From Lama glama (Eukaryota), in the NCBI GenBank assembly GCA_028534125.1, contig CM052816.1, forward strand, positions 8,248,001-8,312,000: 64,000 bases of DNA. Reading direction: 5' to 3'. Every line of letters starts with the position of its first letter. Position 1 is the stretch's first letter. This document shows, in pieces, positions 36,766-50,200 of this stretch. The notes beneath the pieces were generated by a model, which worked only from the letters and a program-made list of their open reading frames with translations, was not told where the DNA came from and did no database searches. The position numbers and the translations under genes were made by a program.

Positions 36766-38134
36766 CTGAGAGACAGCAAGTGGGGATGGAAGGGGGTGAC
36801 CCTCTCTCTTCCCTGCTCCTCTCAGAAATTCCCATCTCACTAACGTGCCTCCCCAACCTTCAGGGAGCCCAAGCTGGGGACAGCCATCATCCGGGATGCT
36901 CTCTTTTCATCTTCCTTCCCTCCCTCCACACATCATCCCATCAGCAAGGTCCCAACACTGCTTCCCAAGGCTGTCCCTATCCAACCACTCTCTCTAGCTC
37001 CACTGCGCCCTGGTCCACGCCCCCCTTCAAGCCCAGCCCACATGGTCATCAGACAATGGACATGCCCAGACTCCTCCCGGCCCCATCTCCGTCTGATCCC
37101 AAACTTCCAGCCCCTCCCTCAGCAACCACTACCAAGTGTCAGGCTCCTCACTGCCTTCGCTTGCACCCCGCTTACTCTCCTGTCTTTCTAAATGGTTCCT
37201 ACACTGTCTTTCTAGCCTTTCTTTTAGTGGTTCTCTTCCTCCAGGACAACATCTCTCAGCACTTTGCAGAGGGACACGTTCTAATTTATAAATGATTGAG
37301 TAAACCACTCAGAGGGTTTCCAAGTCCCTCTGAAACAGCTTTATGGCCCTTCCTAACCCAAACAGGCATCTGCGCCTTTGTCTCCCCAGCATCCAGTTGG
37401 CCTCTGCAGATAACAGTAGCCTGACTTCTCCACCTGGGGCTGACTCCATTCCCAGCTCCAGGGGTGGGCATGTGACCCTGGCCCAGCCAAGGAGAGGACT
37501 CCACCCTCCTGCCCACAGTGACTGGTTCAGGGATGGGAATAAGAGCCATCTATCCAGAAAGGCTTAATTCTAGGATTTCTGAAACCTGGGGCAAGAGAGA
37601 CCCAGTCACTAAGCAGGTAAGATGGAAGCCTAGATTTGCTAGGGGCAGCCCCACAAAGAATGAAGCATAAGGAGGAAGCCAATCTAGAGGAAAGCATTGT
37701 TGAGAGACCAAGAGAATGACAGTCGTGATAACTCCAACTGAGCCCCTAGATCCAGCCATGCCTGAAGTAGACACTTTGGACTTCCCAACTGAATGTGAAG
37801 TAACCCTGACTCATACCCACCCTCCAAGCATTCAACAAACACCTGCTGAGCTTCTTCAAAGTGCCAAGCACTGAACTGGGATATAAACTTGAATAACAGA
37901 TAAGTTCTGCCCTTGGCATGTTTCTAGTCTAGTGAGGGAGCCTAGCCACCATCCAGCCTCACCTCCACATCTTTCTTCGGGCAGTGCCTGCCTCCCCCAG
38001 TCTCAATGTCCTCTCCCATCCCCTCTTCCCAGTTAAAGTCCATTCAACCTCTTAGGCTCAGTTCACACCCCGCCTCCTCCAGGAAGCCCTCATCCTTCCC
38101 AGTCCCTCAGGCCTCCAAGGCCTCCCAGCTTCAC

Positions 38135-38273
38135 CTTGCCCGAGGACTTCACACCCTTGAGGATACAGAGGAACACGATGAGCCAGGCAAGTAGCAGGCA
38201 GAGGCAGAGATTCCAGCGGATCTGCCCGGGACTTCCGATGCCCCGGCTGCCTTGGATGTGGAGAACATAGCGG
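38135..38273 (-). CDS. SLC6A7: SLC6A7 exon 5 ([46 protein letters not shown])
   Basis: AG/GT boundaries; 139 nt. Confidence 0.96.
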
Positions 38274-39951
38274 CTGTGGGAGAGAAGGTCTGAGTGTCCT
38301 CTGGTCACCCTGCCATGCTCCATAGACATGGAGTAAAGCTGCGGCCAGCCGGCAAGGCTCTCCTGCCTATTGTCTATTTGACTCCTCTCTGTCCTTTGCT
38401 GCCCAGCTCTGCACCCAGGAGGTGGGCCTCTGCAGACCCCATCACCCAGGCTGCCTTCCTCTTCAGTTTCTATTTGGGTCTAGCTAATGGGAAGGAACAG
38501 CAGGAGACTGGGTGATGGGTTGAGGTATTTGCACACACGTCTACATGCACACACATACTCACACGCATGCACGCGCGCATGCCACCAAAGGGTCTGACTG
38601 TGACTGCCGTCTCCTTTAGCACAGCTCTTGTTGGGCAGCCTTTCCTCCAAGGCTTCAAGTCTCCCCTGGTTCTGGTGACACTAGTCCCTCCACTCGCCTC
38701 CTTGGCTCAGGGGTGGCTGTCCCTCCTGCTGGTCCCCAGTGCCTGATCCTTCCACGTGGGTTCCCTCACCTCTGTGAAGTCCCTCCACTAAACTCCCTTC
38801 AGCGAAGCCCTGTGAGATTGCCATCTGCTTCCTGCCCGCTCCCCAACTGATGCAGTGGGCCTGGTGTTTCCATGGAGACCCCTGGCAGCTGCCAGTGACC
38901 ACGTCATGTTCTTTGGCTTTTAGCTGCAGACCCAAGCCTGTCTCTACCCACCAGTCAGCAGGTGCAGACACTTTGGATGGCCTTTAAATGGACAAATGAA
39001 TGAACTGTGTAATAAATGCAGGTTGGAGACCAAAACATTTGAAGACACGGGGCTCATTTAGGGGAAAATTTCTAAGAGCAGCCTTTTGCAGGGAAACTGT
39101 TGGAAGTGTACGATCTGTGTTCTCTGGTCAGCCAAGGCTCCCTACCTAGGGACCAGGCTACTCTGGAATGTTCCAGAACAGGATCAGGGATCAGGATTCC
39201 TTGGTGCCAGTGCTGCCTCTGCCAGTTAGTCCTGAGCAAGCCTCTGAGCCTTGTTTTCTCAACCATAAACTGGGGCTTTGGGACAGGCCAATGGGCAGCA
39301 GTGCCCCCCTGACACCCACCATTCACAGGGGCTCACAGCGTGCCTGTCACCATGGTCAGGGTTTTACCTGCATTACCTGTGCAATTCTCCCAGCAACCCC
39401 TTCCTCTACTGTAGTCTCCCGTCCTGTTACACTAACCTGAGATGATCCCTGCTATGTATGATCGTGGCCTCTGCTAAGTGCTTTACCTACTGATCTAGTC
39501 CGTGCTCAGTAAAATCTGACTGAAAGAATGAATGAATGAGTCACTGGCTGATAACATCCTATGAAGCAGAGATTATTATTACCCCCTTGTACAGAGGAGG
39601 AAACTGAGGCTCCAAAAGATGACTATTACTGTCATCATCAGCATCATTATTACCAGCTAGCATTTATTGAGCGCCCACTACCTACCAGGCTGGATGGCAC
39701 ACTTTATATGCCTTCTTTCCTTTAATCCTCACAGTAACCTTCAAATACTATTAACATACCCACTTCGAAGATAAAGCATCAGCAGCCAAATAAATTGTTC
39801 AAAGTCACACAGCTGGTCAGGTGAAGAGCTGGGATTAGAACCTAGAGTCCACCTAACACTGGCACTTGAACTCGGCCTTTGAGGTGCACGCTGAGCCCCC
39901 TGGGGACTCATTCCTGCCCTCTGTCCCTCCCTGGCCTCTGCGGGGCCTGAC

Positions 39952-40186
39952 CTCCAGTACTCCTCGCTGGGGCTGACGGTGCTGGTGAGGTTGAGGGGCA
40001 GGGCCCCATTGCCATTCTTGGAGCCTCTGTGCTCAAGACAGAGGTCTGTGTTCCACCAGTTGCCGCAGTGCTCCCAGGGCAGGTCGCTGGTGAGGGAGGC
40101 GAAGAGGTAGAAGAGGACGTAGGCGATGATCATGTTGTAGTAGATGGCCACCAGGCCCACGATGAGCAGCATGGCGGCGCCGGCAC
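39952..40186 (-). CDS. SLC6A7: SLC6A7 exon 4 ([23 protein letters not shown]...[15 protein letters not shown]...SPSEEYW)
   Basis: AG/GT boundaries; 235 nt; TM3 plus the large extracellular loop with the conserved Cys pair. Confidence 0.97.
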
Positions 40187-40348
40187 CTGGGCGAGGCGGG
40201 GGTGGGGGGGCAGGGGGCGGCCCTCAGGCCAAGGAAGCTACCCTCTTTCTGGGTTCCCCTTCCCTCTCTGCCCAGAGGTTTCCAGCTGGGGGACAACCTC
40301 TATGCCTCCCACAGGCTCAAAACACCCCGGGGACCACTGAGGCCTCAC

Positions 40349-40480
40349 CTTTGAAGAGGGGGCTGATTTTCCAGACGGCCAGGGGTCCCAGGCTAGAGAA
40401 CTGGCCCAGAGAGAGCTCGAGGAAGAAGAGGGGGATGCCACAGATGGCCAGCATCAGGAAGTAGGGCACGAGGAAGGCGC
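40349..40480 (-). CDS. SLC6A7: SLC6A7 exon 3 ([44 protein letters not shown])
   Basis: AG/GT boundaries; 132 nt; phase 1-1. Confidence 0.97.
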
Positions 40481-42000
40481 CTGCGAGAAGAGGGGAAGGC
40501 AAGGAGGGTCTCAGGGGGGTCGGCTCCCACAGAGCCCAGCTCTAGCCCCGCCCTGCGCCTGACCGGCACACACACCACTTCTCCCCTGAACTGGGGCTGT
40601 GCACTGCAGGACGGCCATCTTCTACGCCAGGACATCACTGAGGGCCAAGGGGGCGGGCGGGGATTTACTCACCTCTGTAGCCCCAGTGCCCAGACCAGGG
40701 CTGGGCTCAGAGCAGACACAGAGTGAACGAATGAACAAATGAGCGAATGGATGAGTGAATTCTCTGCCTAAGAAAGTACAAACCCCTCAGAACAGAATCC
40801 AACGCCCCTCAGAACCTGGCTCCAGTCTACCTGCCTCTCCCCTCCCTGCAGTGCCACCTCAGATGCTTGTGGCTGCCACCTGTGGTCTCATGTGCCCACC
40901 ACGACGTTCCCTTTTCTTCCCATATCAGCAGCCAGCTCCTTTACAGAACTGCCCACCACCATATGGCTCTGGAAGGGCTGTCAGGCACACTGGCCAACCC
41001 CAGCCCACCTCTTCCTGGGCACCTATCCCAAACCAGGCCAATTAGAGACCTTTCCTGTGATTCTATATAGATGCCTTCAGAGAGAGCAGTTCTGAGGAGG
41101 AAGTCATTCCAGAGCTGTCTGTGGCCACCCCCGACCCACCTGCAAGGAGGAAGCCTGGCCCAGGGAAAAATGAGGTCAGCATACAGAAAAAGCATCGGGA
41201 ACCAGGAAGGGGGAGGCAGAGAGAACCGTGGACATCACTGCAGCTTCGGAGGCCAGCTCCTGCCCTATACTTCCCAGTCATCCCAATTCAGCTTGTCGCT
41301 GCTTCATCTAGTCTTATTTGGATTTCTGTTGCTCTGACAAACTGCGCTTCTGTAAGGAGTCTGGTAGAGGTGGGAGGAGACACAGAGTGCTGGTGGGAGC
41401 ACACTGGCTCTGGAGAAGACAGCCCTGGGGTGGAGTGCTGGGTTGCCGCCATGTGACCTTGGGCAAGGAACCTGACCTCTCCAAGCCCCGCTGCCTCATC
41501 AGGGAAACAGTACCCACCCAGGTGCTTGCAATCAGGGTTAAATGAGACAAGCATGGAAAGCACCAAGCCCCGGCCTGGCCAACGGTGCGTGCTCAATCCC
41601 ATGAGCACTTAGCACAGCTACGTGATGGCGAAGCAGGAACAGAGAATTTAAGATGGAAGAGATGTTGTGTTTTCAGCCTGAATGGAAGGAACCAAGAGAG
41701 GAGGCTAGATTGAAGATTCTAGAGCAGGAATAACTGATTGATGGAGCAAGGTTCCAGACGAGGTAAGGCAGGAGAGGAGGGGATGGGAGAATGTTGAGAG
41801 CGCAGTCATCACTGATAGGCAGATACAGCCCTTCATCACAAAGCAGAGGCAGCCCCCCTGCCCATCACTCGGGGCCCAGGAAGTGCCAAGGCTTAGGGAG
41901 ATAACCGTGTGAGTATCCGTGCTGGGAATGAGAGAGGGAGGGACCCTGAATCTTGGCCCACTAGCCTAGACATCCGTCAAGCAGGGCGTCAGGCGCATAC

Positions 42001-42184
42001 CTCCTCCGTTGGTGTAGGCGCGATAGGGGAAACGCCAGACGTTCCCCAGGCCTACACAGTAGCCGATGCAGGACAGCAGGAAGTCCAGCTTGCCTGTCCA
42101 GTTGCCCCGATCTGCCGTGAAGTCCGCGTCCAGGTCTACATCGCCCTGGTCACTGGGGGTCATCAGCAGGTCTGGGGTGTCGGG
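42001..42184 (-). CDS. SLC6A7: SLC6A7 exon 2 ([15 protein letters not shown]...[36 protein letters not shown])
   Basis: AG/GT boundaries; 184 nt; SLC6 signature [10 protein letters not shown]. Confidence 0.97.
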
Positions 42185-45100
42185 CTGCCAGTAAGAGAGA
42201 CCAAAGGGGTGAGGGAGAAAGGTGAGGCCAGGCTGGAACTGTGACCACCCCCCCCCAAAACAAGAATATGGAATCAATAGGGCCAAATGCAAAGAAATCC
42301 ACTGGTTCAAACAATCAACTGCTCTCACCTGGGCTGACAGGTTAATAGGCAGGAGCTTCTTGGGGTTTTAGGTGACCACAAACTTATGAGACCAGCAGGG
42401 TGGCTCAGGCACTAAGAAGGCCATCTTGGTCTTAGTCTGGCGAACACAAAGGTCAAACCAAGGGATGGTCCTATTTTGATGATGATCTTAGTAACAGTTC
42501 CCATGTATTGAGCACTTACTATGTGCTCACTGCACTAAATATTTTACCTGATTTCATTCCCAAAACAACTCTCTGAGCTAAGTACTCACCTAAGGGAAAC
42601 TGAGGCTCAAAGAGGTGTCATGATACACCCACAGCTTTTACAAGGCTAGCGAGTGAGAGAGCCAGGTCTCCAGCCCAGAGCTTCCTGGTGCTGAAGCCAA
42701 GGTATTCAACCACCCATGCTGGAGTTCGGCTACTCCATTCCGGCACCAGATTTTAAGAAAGATACAGGCAGTTTGGAGCATGCGCACAGGCCAGGGAGCA
42801 GGACTGGAGGGTGTTCAGGAAAAGTGGTTATAGGAGGACAAAAGGAAGCAGCGCGGGCCCTTAACTTAGAAAGAATGGGAAATGGAAGGAATGTGGGCTC
42901 CCCTGGGGTTAGATTTATGCTGTGTGGCTCCAGGAGGCCTACTGAGGACTGTGGATTTTAATTCACGAGCAGGAAGCAGCTATTGAAGCCCTGATGTGTC
43001 CCAGAAAGCTATCTTCCTATCACTGGAGGAGAGATGCACGCACTGAGGGGAACGGGAACCAGATGCCCCTAAGGTCCCCTCCTGGGATTGGAGGAGGGTG
43101 GGGAAGTCCAGTGGGCATTCTCTCTTAGGTTGGGGCTGGAAGATGGAGGCTTTCCTCTAGGGCTTAGAATCCTGGCCTGAGAGATGTGAGTTAGCATGTC
43201 CGTGAGCTGTCTGAGCTTAGGGCGCAGAAGGAAGCCCAGAGATACCAGGATGACTGTCTAAAATTCAGACAGCAGTTCCCAGAAGTGACTCCAGAGCAGG
43301 GAAGGCGAAAGGGGCAGCTACACTTTTCCTGCTTGTTTCTGAAAGCCATGCCCCGTGGCAGAGAAGGACGGGGCTGCAAAGAAGGCCAATTATCAAACAA
43401 CATCCACGGTTTTCAGAGAGGAGAAAGATCCCCCCACCCCCCGCCACTTCCTGCTGAGGAACGGTTGTGGGCAAACAGTGATTCCACTGGACTGGGCCTC
43501 AGGAAACCACGATCCTCGTCCCAGGTCTGTGCCAATTCACTGCGCAACTTTAGGAAACACATCCCTTAAAATGTTCGTGGGTGTTTGATTACACAAAGGA
43601 TTCTTGAATCAAAAAAGTTTGGGAAAAGCTGGGTTATCACAAGGTAAAACAGGTTTCTTTGCTGCAGGACTTGTCGGATCCTTTAATGGACCAATATACA
43701 CTGTGACTCCAAATAGGGACTAGAAAAGGCAGTATTCTCCAATTCTATTTAAGAAAAAGGCTTCAAGGAGTAGCACGTCACGACATACTTGGTGGAAACG
43801 CAGGTCTAGATAATCTTTACCTAACAGTCTTCAGGCTCTGATGGTCTGTGAGGCAAGATGTACCAAGGAGAATTCACTGCGGTGATCGAGGACCAGATCA
43901 GATCCAAGCACAGGACTCAGCAAACAGCTACTCCCAGATCTGTTTTATCCCCTAAAATTGCCCTTCCTGGCATCAGCCCAAGTAGGTATCTATACACAAA
44001 TCAGGTGGTGACAGAGGAAACTTTGCTGGGGAGTTGTCATATGAGCCTTGCTGGGATGAAGATGGTGAGAGTCCTAGTGTCACAGGACTGGAGGTGTCTG
44101 GCTGTGGTGACAGTCAGAGCAATGGGCTCAGGTGGCAGGATGTGGTGACAGCGTTGGGCTGACTCTCAGTAATGGTGACAACCATGGTGGTGATCCCACC
44201 TGAGGCTGGTTATTGGCCAGAGGAGCAGTGATGGGGGCATCCTGGCATGATTATGGGTGATGGTGACAATGGAGAGTGGAAAAAAGCTGCTTTTCAAGTA
44301 ACTCCAAGGGTTGAAACAAATATCTTATTAGTGGTTCTTTAGCTGTGATCTCAGACCTTCTGGCTTGAGGGTAGCAGCAGCTCCTAGACCTCTATGAAAC
44401 CCACCCCTTCCCCCTGATGCCCTGTCTCCAAGGCTTCCTCTCCAGCTAGTTGAGCATCAGCTCTCTGGAGCCACTCCCTCCCAGGTAAACTCCAATAGGA
44501 TGGGGTAGCCAGTTGAAACTGGCCCCTGGTATGGGGTGGGGAGGCAGGCCTGTCACCCTGTGAACCCCCCAGTCCCATTCAGGCCAGCTGGCAGGAGGGC
44601 CTGATAATGAGGTTCCTCTGATCCCCCCCTGAGAAGCTACTGCCCTTTCTGTGTTCACAGAGTGGTCCTGGCTCTCTGTTTCCATGGTGACAAAAGAGTT
44701 CCAAGAGCAGGATGCTGCCAGCTCTTCTGTCCCCCTCCACCCCAATCAGAGGGAAGCCTGCTCCTGCTCCTGCTCCAGGGACAGGGGATGGGGTCCTCCA
44801 AAGCTAAGCCAATCTGAACCCCATTGTGGGGTAAATCCCAGGAGGCTGGCATAGAGAGGAAGGAACTGAGAGACAGAGGAAAGCAACCAAATCAACAGGG
44901 AAGGGCTGGAAGCTTAATGAGTTGCTTCACACTTCTGCCTGGGTCTGAGGCTCCCACCCTGATCCTCCCACTCCCACCCAGACTCACACAGGAACACACA
45001 TCTGAGTTTGCAACACCTGCACCCCCCCCCCCCTTTTAGGGACCAGCAGATGTAGGTCACCAGCAGCAGCAGGCCTAGAATAGGTAGGACCTCTCAAGCC

Positions 45101-46639
45101 AAGGCTCTCATACTTTCTTCAGGATGAGAGAGACAATACGAATCTGGAGTCTGACTTCATCATTGTGCAGATGAGGAAAGTGAGTTTCAGAGAGGGAAGG
45201 GGTGAGCCCAAGGTCAAACGGCAAATTAAGGTCAGAGCAGAGCACAATCAGGATCCAGAGCCTCAGTTCTCAGTCTGGTGCTCATCTCTGAACAATGCTG
45301 CTCCTTTGCTGTACCTGGCACTTCCTCACTCCCTGCCCCCTTGTCCTAGAGACCGAGGGAGGGGACCCTGAGGCCAGGTGGCCCCACCCCTGCCCTGTTG
45401 GTCCTAGGTTGCTCAGCCCACCTTCAGGAGAGCAGTAAGCTGCACGCCTTTGTGCCTCCATTTCCTTGTCTATAAAGTGGGGATAATAAGACCTGGGCCC
45501 CAGAATTGTTGGAGGAATACATGAGCTAAGGCCTCACAAAACACGGCTATTGACATAAGGAGCAGCCCTGTGCCAGAGAGGGGCAGGGGCCCTTGTGGGA
45601 AGGGAGCGAAAGGGAGAGAGTAGATGGGAAAGAACAGGGATAGGACTCAAGAAGACCCAAGAGACCCACAAACGACCCCAAGAAGTCACACATGTCAGCG
45701 AATAAAAAGAACCATCACAGTGGTTCAGCTGCCCAAGGGTAGAGAGCTTGAATGAATGGCGGAGGAGGGGGTGGCAATTGGAGGGAGCTGGCCAACAACA
45801 CCAGCCCCTGTGAGTTCACAGCATCTCCCCACCTCTCAGGACTCTGGGCCTACTTTCCTGCCTCACACTGGGGATGGACCCGCCATGGCCCAGGTTAGAG
45901 AATGGACTTGCCCAAAGTCACAGGGTAAGTGGCATCTGCAGAAACAGTACCCAGGAGTTCTGACTCCTTGGCTAAGACGCGTACTTTTAAGCCAAAAGCC
46001 AGAAAACTTCCCCCAACACTCTCCCTCCCCATACAGGTGCAGCTTGGCTGGGAGGTCCAACCCCACAGGACAAGGTGGAGAGGGGCTGAGGTCTGGGCCC
46101 AGGGCCCCAAGAACACATAGACTTGGCTTCCCCTCTCATGCCAGCTTCTACCCCACCTCCATGTCCCTCAGGTCTCCCATTTCCTCCCTCCTTGCCTTTG
46201 CCTTCCTTGTGCGCGGCTGAGGGGCAGCCTGGGGTCGAGCGTGGAAGCTGAAGCTGCAGAAGGACTGAGGGGGGTGGGGAGGAAGCAGGTGGTGGGCGCA
46301 GCAGGGCAGGAGCACTGGAAGGAAACCAGCGTGCCCCTGCTGGCTCCGGAGGCTGCTTCCGTGTGGAGCCCACAGATGAGGGCTCGGTTTGCCGAAGCCC
46401 CCACTCCCATTTGTCCATCCCCATCAGTCCCGCTCATGGCTGGCGCTCAGCTATTCTAACATCCCCCACCCCCTAATCAGGCCGTGGGGGAAGTGAAGGG
46501 GGGTACTGGGCAGGGGCGGGTGCCTGGCCCCAGCACCCCTACCACGCACCTCCTGTGGCTGCCGACACCTGTTCACAGGACTTGGTTCAGTGAACCCCCG
46601 CCCCCATCACACTGCATCCCGACCCCCAGACAGGGGAGG

Positions 46640-47240
46640 CCTCCCCCAACCCCGCGCAGACCGTGACCCCGCCCCTCCCTGCAATCCAGCTCAGCCGGCC
46701 TACCCTAGAGCCCCGAGCCCGGAGCAGGTGCCCTCTCCAGCCTTCCCAGGGGTCTCCAGGGGGCGGGCTTCTGCACCCCCTCCCTCGGGTGTGCCCCCGC
46801 CCTCGCGTCCTACCTTGCGGAGGTGAGCTCCCTGGAGCTTCTTCATCTTGGAGGGCGGGTTGCTGAGGTTTCCGGGCTTGGCTTTTCCTGATCGCGGAGA
46901 GCGAACGAAGGAGCAAGAGACGGTGCCGCCGGGCGGCCGCCGCTCCTTGGCCCCGGCGACTCCCGCGCGCTGGCTCGGGGGCCACGGGCGCAGGCGCTGC
47001 CGTCTGTCGGCTGCGGGCGTGGGGCGCGGGCCGGGCGCTGCGAACGCCCTGCCTCTCCGTGCGCAGCGCCCGAGGCTGGGGAGGGGTGCACGGCTGCGGC
47101 CGCGTAGACACCCAGACGGACGGGCTGACTGACGGACAGTGGAGGGGGGGCGGGGGATGTGCGCCCCCGCACGCAGAGCTGCGGATTGGAGGGGCCCGAG
47201 CGCGTGGGGAGGGGGTTCCGCGACGGAAACCCTCGGAGGT
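46640..47240 (-). promoter_or_regulatory. SLC6A7: CpG island / GC-rich promoter and 5'UTR of SLC6A7
   Basis: Dense CpG and GC-box-like sequence (GGGGGCGGGG near 47145-47155) spanning exon 1, in an otherwise CpG-depleted background; boundaries approximate. Confidence 0.85.
46814..46846 (-). CDS. SLC6A7: Sodium-dependent proline transporter PROT exon 1 (MKKLQGAHLRK)
   Basis: ATG at 46846-46844 in the context CCAAGATGA; donor AAG|gtagga; lies in a CpG island. Confidence 0.95.
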
Positions 47241-50200
47241 CTGGAGGCCTCCCCCACAGTCTCCTGCGTGACCTTGGGGAAGTAACCTGCCCTCTCTGGG
47301 CCTCCGTTTTTCCAGGGAGGCAGTGAGGGAGGCAGGCCATGCACAGGGGCACTAACAGCCCCTGCTTGGGTTCCAGCATCCCTGTGCTTCCTCTTTATCT
47401 GGAGAACCCTTCCCGCGTTACTTAAACTCCCTGTGCTGCCGCTTCTTTATCTGGAAAATGGGGACAAGAATCTTACCTCTGCTTAAGGATGTGAGGAATC
47501 CAAGGGGACAGAAAACATTTAGCACAGGAACCTGGCACTTGGCTGGGGCTCAGTTAACATTTGTTGACCCACTGTGGGTTGCCCACTCCTACCATCACAT
47601 GAACAGCCCATAGTCAGGTATTTATTCAGTTATTCAAACCACCAATATTTATTGAGCAGCTAAATTGTGCCGGATCCTGCGCTGGATGTTACTTTCTCAA
47701 CAGTGACCTGGAGATGTTATTATCCTTATTTTACAGAGGAGGAAACTGAAGCACAGAAGGGTTAAATTCTCACTCAAGGTTGCAGCGCTGATGAGTAACA
47801 CCAGTGACAGAGTCAGGCCTCATGGATCTTCCAGGCCAGTAGTGGTCCTGAACACACCTCCTTTGCTTGGGAAGAAAGCAAGACAGGGAAGTTTGGGTAA
47901 GGAGAAGGGACAGGGCAAGAGGGACTGTTGTTGTGATGGTTTGTGACTTAGATTATGAGCACCTGGATTTCTGTCCACCAGCAGTATGACCTTGGGAAGT
48001 TATGATTTCATATCTGTAAAGTGGGCCATCAGCCAGTTTGGGCCTGGCTGACCTCACAGAGTGTTGTGAGGGTCCAGTGAGCCCATAGCTAGGATGTGAA
48101 ATTATTAGCTAGTGACTGTGTGCACTGGTTTGTGGGACTGAACCAGAATATGCTAGTGGACCCAGCATATACATTACAAGTCATGCTCCTTTCACTCTCG
48201 GAAGTGTCCCAGTTCAAATACTCATAGGCTTGCCTACCATCAGCCAACATGGTGAGGCCTTTGGAGAGAGTGAGGTTGAGTGACTGCTGCCTCTTCCATC
48301 CCTGGAGCAGGAGGCAGGAAGGGTTTAAACCAGAGCACGGGCTTGGGTAAAGGGCCTGGCCAGGTCCCAGTCCCACCTCTCCTCCCCAGGTCCCACCAAG
48401 CTTCTCCTCCCTTTAAGCCTGGCCTCACAGAACAGGTCAGGGTTTCTCCAGACTCAGGAGGATCCCCTTGGCGATGAATGTGAAGGGAAGGGGCATCCAC
48501 TGAGCCCTACTGTGTGTCTTAGATGAACTCATAGCCAATATCTACATTTTAGTTCTTTCCAACAGCCTGGAAAGACAAGTTTGTGCATCCCCATTTTGTA
48601 CCTGAGGAAACTGTCTTGGAGGAGTGAAGTTGTGTGCCCAAGGACACACAGCACTGAATCTCTGGGCTTTGGAGATAAAGCCAAGAGGGCCATGGGCTGT
48701 TCCTGGAGAGAGGCAAAAGCCAGTGGCTCCTGAATCCAAGGAGGTCCAGGCAGGACCCACCCCTGCCCTCTCCCAGGGCCTGTCACTGTACCTCTTACAG
48801 AACAGGTGGCAGCTTTGCTGAACTACTCCCTCCCATTGGCTGGTAGGCTTCATTAGACTCTATGGAAGGCACAGAGAACCACGGGAACAGAGAGTAGAGG
48901 TGAGGCATTGGCTCAGGAGTCCTGGAAGATGAGCTTCTTTATGGCCTCTTCCCAGCAGTAACTGCTCCCCCCAGGTCCAGCCCTGGAAGGAGCCAGCCCT
49001 AGGAAAGGGGAAGGGAACGGGGCTGGGACTTCAGCCTTTCTCAAACACATAATAGGGTGACCACTGAACATCAGCAGCAGTCACTGGGGCTGTGAGTGCA
49101 AATGGGTCTAGTCCCATGCCTTTCAGTTGGGGAAACTGAGGCCCAGAGGAGGCAGGAATTGTGAAATCACTCTTGAAGTAGAGGCAGGATGAAGCCTGGA
49201 ATCTAGGACTCTGACCCTACCTAGGCTCTGCTCTCCCTGTCCCACCTTTCTGCCATCCTCTCCCCCATTACCACAGCCCTTGTTGGAAAAATCTGTGTTT
49301 CATACAACAAACAAACCCTGAAGATTTTTTAGAAGACACTGTCCACATAAGGCAGTCTATTCTCTGAAGCCCCAGTTTTATGATCACATTACTGGCCATG
49401 AGTTTATCTACCAAACATACTTGACAATTGCTGACCACTATCCCCTCTCTCCCATCCCAGAGGAGGTTTGGGTACCACTTGGCAAAATAATTACTTGAGA
49501 ATCCAAATCCAATAAATACTCAATCTATCTCCCTTTCCCCCTTCCCTCCCCCTACCTTTTCTGTTTCTCCTGGTCTCACATCAAACCAGAAGTGAAATAG
49601 AGATGTGTCCTAATTTAAAGAAAATGTTAGATGAAAATGTACTTCCTTTTATTATATAGGGAGCTATTTTTAAATGTATATAAATAAACATTTTTAATTT
49701 GCTCAAACGTTCAGACTTTATCGCTGAAGAGCATGTGTTTTGTTACACCAGCAAGTGGTGACTGTGAAAAACGAGGTTCCAGACTGCGAGTCCATCTGGT
49801 GTGATTCAGAGAAAGTGGTTCTGGAGCAGCCACGCTGGGACAGGGGTTGCCCTCCAAAGCCGCCCTGTCCTACACCTGCTCTGCTCCCAGGTTCTGCATC
49901 CCATGGGCTGGGCATCTCATCCGCTCACAGCCAGGCTGCTTTCCTTGCTGGAGACTTCCTCTATGAGGACGCTCCACTCCCAGCCTTCCCTTGAGCTGTG
50001 GCCCTCTCCGCTCAGCCCACACCAATCTCTTGGCAATCAGTGGTGGGACTGGCTCCTCAAGTCAAGTTCTCAACGCGGTCTTAGAGGTCTATAGAAACAT
50101 AGGGCGGATGTGCATATTTCTGATTGGCTAGAGACCATGACCAGGCCCGGGCCTTCCACAGCCAGGCCAGGCCAGATCTAACTTTTGCCTGGAGCCCTGG

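Noticed and set aside
46847..47344. Open frame upstream of and in frame with the SLC6A7 ATG (possible N-terminal extension)
   Set aside because: It starts at a GTG that is probably upstream of the TSS, and stop codons are scarce in CpG islands. MKKLQGAHLRK is the recognised N-terminus, so there is no support without ribosome profiling.
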